Assembly (NCBI GenBank): GCA_023205875.1
Contig: CP060756.1
Coordinates: 806,001 to 870,000 of the forward strand
Direction: 5' to 3'
Length of the DNA stretch: 64,000 bases
DNA from: Chloropicon primus
Lineage: Eukaryota
The notes under the pieces were generated by a model, which worked only from the letters and a program-made list of their open reading frames with translations, searched no databases and was not told the DNA's origin. A program made the position numbers and the translations under genes. Of this stretch, positions 60,031-64,000 are shown piece by piece (positions within the stretch are counted from its first letter, which is position 1; each line of letters begins with the position of its first letter).

Positions 60031-60563
60031 CGTGACGACGACGGTGACTTTCGTTCGTTGGTGTTGCCCACACGAAAGCGACCGACCGAAATCACTACAA
60101 GAAGAAGAAGAAGAAGAAGAAAAACCCCTCGAACCCCTCGGAAACCCAACTCCAACTCCCACGCGCTCAGCAACAACAACAAGCAAGCAACCACGATCGA
60201 TCGATCGCCATCAAAGGGTACGCCTCGCCTACACCTTGCCCTCTCTCTCTCGTCTGTCGCTCCCAACGATCAAATCCGTAGCGTAGGTTCCCCGAACGTC
60301 CCTATCACAAACGTTGCCCATAGAGTGCAATAATAGACTTTCTCAAATGTCTTGTACAGAAATTCTAGTGAGGGGGAACCAACGGCTTTGTTTTTCTTCC
60401 TCTTCCTTTTTTTCACGAGGAGCCAAACTTTTCCAGGGGAGAGGGAGAGAGGGAAAAGGTGGCTCTCTTTCTGTCTTTCTGGTGGGGGCACTTTGTTGGG
60501 TTAGTTAGGGTGTTGGTGCGCGCGCGAACCGAGAGGAGAGGGAGAGTGTAGAGAGTAATTGAG

Positions 60564-61659
60564 ATGGAGGGGACAGCGAGGGCGCGGGCGGTGAGGCCGC
60601 TGGTGGCGAGGAGGACGCCGAGGTCGAGGTCGAGGTTGGTGAGCAGGTGCAGCCTTGGATCGAAGGAGAGGCAGATGAAGGACGCGAACTTTCCGCTGGA
60701 CATGGAGGGGAGGACCTTCCACCTGGGAAGTAGGAAGGGGGAAGTGAGCAACAGGATCTTGTCCGTGGGCGACGCCGCGAGGGCTCAGCTCCTGTCGCAG
60801 TTCCTCAAGCCCTTCCCGAACGGCGACCCGGTCTTCAACATGGTGTCGTCCAGGGGGTTCAGCGTGACCACGGGGGTCGTGGGGGACTCGGACACCACGG
60901 TCTCGATAGTCACGACGCTGATGGGGCTGCCCAACATGGACTTTGTGGTCAGAGAGGCCAGAGCCGTGGTCGATGGTAAGTTTTGGCTTTCTTCTTCTTC
61001 GCAGCAGCAGCAGCAGCAGCAGTACAGGCGCAATAAATCTCGTTCTCGAGCCCTGACTCCTTGACTCTTTGTGCTGCTTCTCTTCAGGGCCAATGGCGGT
61101 GGTGCGCCTGGGCACCTGCGGAGCCCTCCAGCCGGGGACTCTTGGGAAGATCCTCGTGCCGGCGGAGGGCTGCGTCCTGGTCCACAGGAACCCGGACGCC
61201 TTCATCGACAGCGAGGGGGAGGGGCTCAGCCCTTACCTGATCTCGAGGCCGGTCCTCCCCCACCCGACCCTTTGCGACAACCTGGTGAGCGAGCTGCAGA
61301 ACACGCTCCCGGCGGGACTGGACGGCCTGAGGTGCGGCATCAACTGCACCACGGACTCGTTCTACTCCTCCCAGGGGAGGACCTCGAACGCTTTCGACGA
61401 CAGGAACGAGAACCTGGTGCAGCAGGTGATGGAGGAGATTCCAAACGCCGTGAGCTTCGAGATGGAGACGTTTCAGCTGCTGCACTTGGCCTCCTGCAGC
61501 AAGGGGACCATCGCCGCCGCGGCCTGCGCCATCGGCCTGGCGGAGAGGGCAAACAACGAGTTCATGAGCCCCAAGCAGCTCGTCGAGATGGAGGAGGCGG
61601 CTGGGAAGGCCGCGATAGACGCTCTCGTCGGGTTCGACCTCTCGAAAACCGAATTATAA
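60564..61659 (+). CDS. Uridine/purine nucleoside phosphorylase family (PNP_UDP_1); intron 60976-61087
   Basis: GRTFHL, RILSVGD, MGLPNMDFVVRE, RLGTCG, DSFYSSQGR, EMETF. Confidence 0.9.
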
Positions 61660-61830
61660 GCGGCCGCACGGTGTGGAGGCCAGAACAACCACAGCAACGC
61701 CACCGCACGGGCAGACGGAGAGACAGAGAGAGAGAGAGACCTCCACGATTCCTTCGACGACGATATTTATATATATACAAAAAAAACAATAATTTATATT
61801 AAAATCACCCAACAACACACATCGATTCCT

Positions 61831-62832
61831 TCACCTCGCGATGCCTTGAACCTTTCTGCCGCACGTCTTGCAGCTCAAGTCCCCAACAGTGGCCAGGTGG
61901 GTGGCCAAGCAGTAGTAGCAGTGCGGACAACCGCAGGGGTGAGCGTACGAGAGGGAAGCGACGGATTCCCTCCCGCAGATCCCGCAGGAGACGGCCCTCC
62001 CCTCAACGTGATCCCGCGAGCCGCCCTCCGCGGCCTCCCCCCCCGCTTCAGCCCCCCAACCCAAGGCCGCCAGCCGCTTGGAGCCGAACCTCCTCGCCTT
62101 GCCCGCCAGGGAGGTCCCAAAGTGCTTCAGCCTGCGGAGTCCCGTGGTCGCGAGGGGCGTCATGTCCGTGACAAAGTCGTACAGGTTGATCCAGAACAGG
62201 TGGTCGTCCATGAACCCCAGGGCGGCCGACCTGATGATCCTCGGATCCTCGTAAGTCTTCGTGACCCCGAGAGCCCGCTCCGTGAGGGAGACGTACCTCC
62301 CCTCCCTGAAGAACAGGCACAGGTTCACGGTCTTCAGCACGGAGGCGGACAGGGACGCGAGCCAGTACGCCCGCCAAGCCAGGGCCTCCCAGCCCCCCTC
62401 GGCCCCCGCCATGTCCCGGGAGCTCGCGAGGGTCTCGAAGCGCTCCGTCAGCCACCTGCTCCCGGGTCCCACCGTGCACAGCAGCACCCGCTGCAGTGGA
62501 CTCAGCTCCTTCTGGTACTTGAGACTCAGCATCTCCATCCCGGGCGTGGGCCTGCCGAGGCCCACGGTGAGCGCGAGCACCGCGAGCTCCAGCACGAGCT
62601 GCGTCTCCGCACGCACCTTGAGGACCGCCCTCGGTGGCAGCAGGGCGGCCGCACGGGAGAACTCGGTCCTCAGCTGCTGCACCAGGCCATCGTCAATGAC
62701 CTGGGCGTCCAAAGCGAGGGACCGCAGAGGAAACAAGCTCGCGGTGAAGGAGAAGACGTCCCTCGCCCCCTCGCTCCCGCTCGTGCTCGGCCCACCGCCG
62801 CTCGTGCGCTCGAACTCGTCCTCCCAAACCAT
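61831..62832 (-). CDS. PEX2: Peroxin PEX2-like RING protein
   Basis: LDAQVID, TPGMEMLSLKY, GRYVSLTERAL, C-terminal RING CGIC...HPCGCPHCYYC...CKTC. Confidence 0.8.
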   Translation of the reverse strand: MVWEDEFERTSGGGPSTSGSEGARDVFSFTASLFPLRSLALDAQVIDDGLVQQLRTEFSRAAALLPPRAVLKVRAETQLVLELAVLALTVGLGRPTPGMEMLSLKYQKELSPLQRVLLCTVGPGSRWLTERFETLASSRDMAGAEGGWEALAWRAYWLASLSASVLKTVNLCLFFREGRYVSLTERALGVTKTYEDPRIIRSAALGFMDDHLFWINLYDFVTDMTPLATTGLRRLKHFGTSLAGKARRFGSKRLAALGWGAEAGGEAAEGGSRDHVEGRAVSCGICGRESVASLSYAHPCGCPHCYYCLATHLATVGDLSCKTCGRKVQGIAR

Positions 62833-63045
62833 CCTCTCGCAGAGTTCGCAGAGTTCGTCCTGATGGTTTTGAGAGGAGAAAATCAAGAGAAGAGGGAGGC
62901 CAGCCCCTTGAGAGGTGGTGATGGTCCGTGGTCCCCTCGATTCAATGGAGAGGGAAAGGGCACACGGCCGTGTGCGCCCACATTATACTTATATTACAAA
63001 CAAACAAACAAACAATCCCCACCAAAAGCACCCGCGCAAAGCTGC

Positions 63046-63709
63046 CTACTTCCCTTTCCCTTTCAGTATTCTGTCCACGAGCTCCTGGAGGGGAGCGATC
63101 TCCTGCGGGACTATCAGGTTGAAGTGGTTCGAGAAGAATATGAAGTGCTTGAAGAGCGAGTTCAAGTGCGCCTCCTCCCCCAGGTCGCAGATCTGGTTGA
63201 AGTGGGAGTGATAAATATGCGCGTAGACTCGGAAGAGCCTCCTGAAGATTTTCTTCACCGTGTCCACAAAGTCTGGCGGGAACGGCTCGTTTGGGGTCAC
63301 CGGGAACACCCTCTCGTTGTCCAGGAGCTCTTCTATCCATTCCATCAGCAGTGCGGTGTACGCCGGAGCGGAAACCTCGATGGGCTTCTTGAACTTCACC
63401 CCATCGGCCCACCGGTACTCGTACTACGATGATAGAGGAAGGAGGTTCAACGGAGTTTGCGTAACGGTCAGGACAAGTCCACTGTTCACGCAGCCAGTCT
63501 CACTCACCTTTGGGCCTGCGGACATGACCGGGCAGGTCTCGTTGGTGCAAAACTCCACGAGCGTCGAGTACAGCAGCATGGTTGAGTTGTAAAAATCTGT
63601 GGTGTTCACCGCGAGCCACTCGTTGAGCTCGATGCCCTCGGGAACAGGTATGGCCTCGTACACGTCCCCGTTGCCGAGAGTTGCATCGATCCTCTGCTTT
63701 ATCTGCGCG
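63046..63709 (-). CDS. MOB1: MOB1 kinase activator, 5'-partial (intron 63424-63507; first exon not found in the window)
   Basis: IDATLGNG, EWLAVNT, CPVMSAGPK/YEYRWAD, FRVYAHIYHSHF, HLNSLFKHF. Confidence 0.93.
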
Positions 63710-64000
63710 CTGTTGGGGCCTTTGCGACGAGCACGAGGGTCAACAGGTAGGTCCAGGCACAGACACAGACACAGACACAGAGGGAGAGTCGTCGTCAGTC
63801 AGTCAGTCGTGGGGTTTCGTTCCTACGTTTGGTCGACGAGGGACGACGCGACGCGAGGCGCGTCTCGCGGTCTCCCGTGACACCAAAGGAGACCCCATCG
63901 ACCTCTCCCTTGAAAACGAAACACCGCGTCGGGGTGAGAATGAGAAAAAGAACACCGTGAAGGGAGAAGATGCGAGGCTCCCTCCAGACACACCCAACCC

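Noticed and set aside
445..63432. Many long antisense or alternate-frame ORFs (e.g. 445-1851, 5911-7533, 29405-31336, 61846-63432)
   Set aside because: Expected by-product of high GC3 codon bias; no recognisable motifs
53876..63709. Mitotic gene cluster (APC16-like, INCENP, MOB1)
   Set aside because: Interspersed with unrelated genes; chance proximity in a compact genome is sufficient
1..64000. tRNA, rRNA or transposable elements
   Set aside because: None recognised by eye; a tRNAscan-SE/Rfam/RepeatMasker run is needed to exclude them

Overview
Gene-dense, GC-rich eukaryotic nuclear DNA with about 37 protein-coding genes in 64 kb. Introns are few and short (GT-AG, often with a CTGAC branch point), many proteins carry plastid-type N-terminal extensions, and there is a TTTAGGG telomere-type motif. 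This fits a compact picoplanktonic green alga; a Chloropicon/prasinophyte-like source is an inference. Recognisable housekeeping genes include CysRS, MetRS, U2AF65, CRM1, RPL31, INCENP, MOB1, PEX2, FTase-alpha, HflX, plastid MurE and a CDF zinc transporter. Main highlights: (1) a hidden selenoprotein at 14283-15041, where an in-frame UGA is followed by 56 more codons and a canonical SECIS-like hairpin in the 3' UTR; (2) a membrane-anchored BURP-like protein with four Cys-His motifs, from a family regarded as essentially land-plant specific, head-to-head with a glycosyltransferase-like/DUF218 fusion; (3) two tandem secreted proteins sharing a SEA-like module; (4) a candidate bicistronic small ORF before FTase-alpha; (5) an alpha/beta hydrolase with foreign-looking Arg codon usage. 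All family calls are by motif recognition only; no searches were run.
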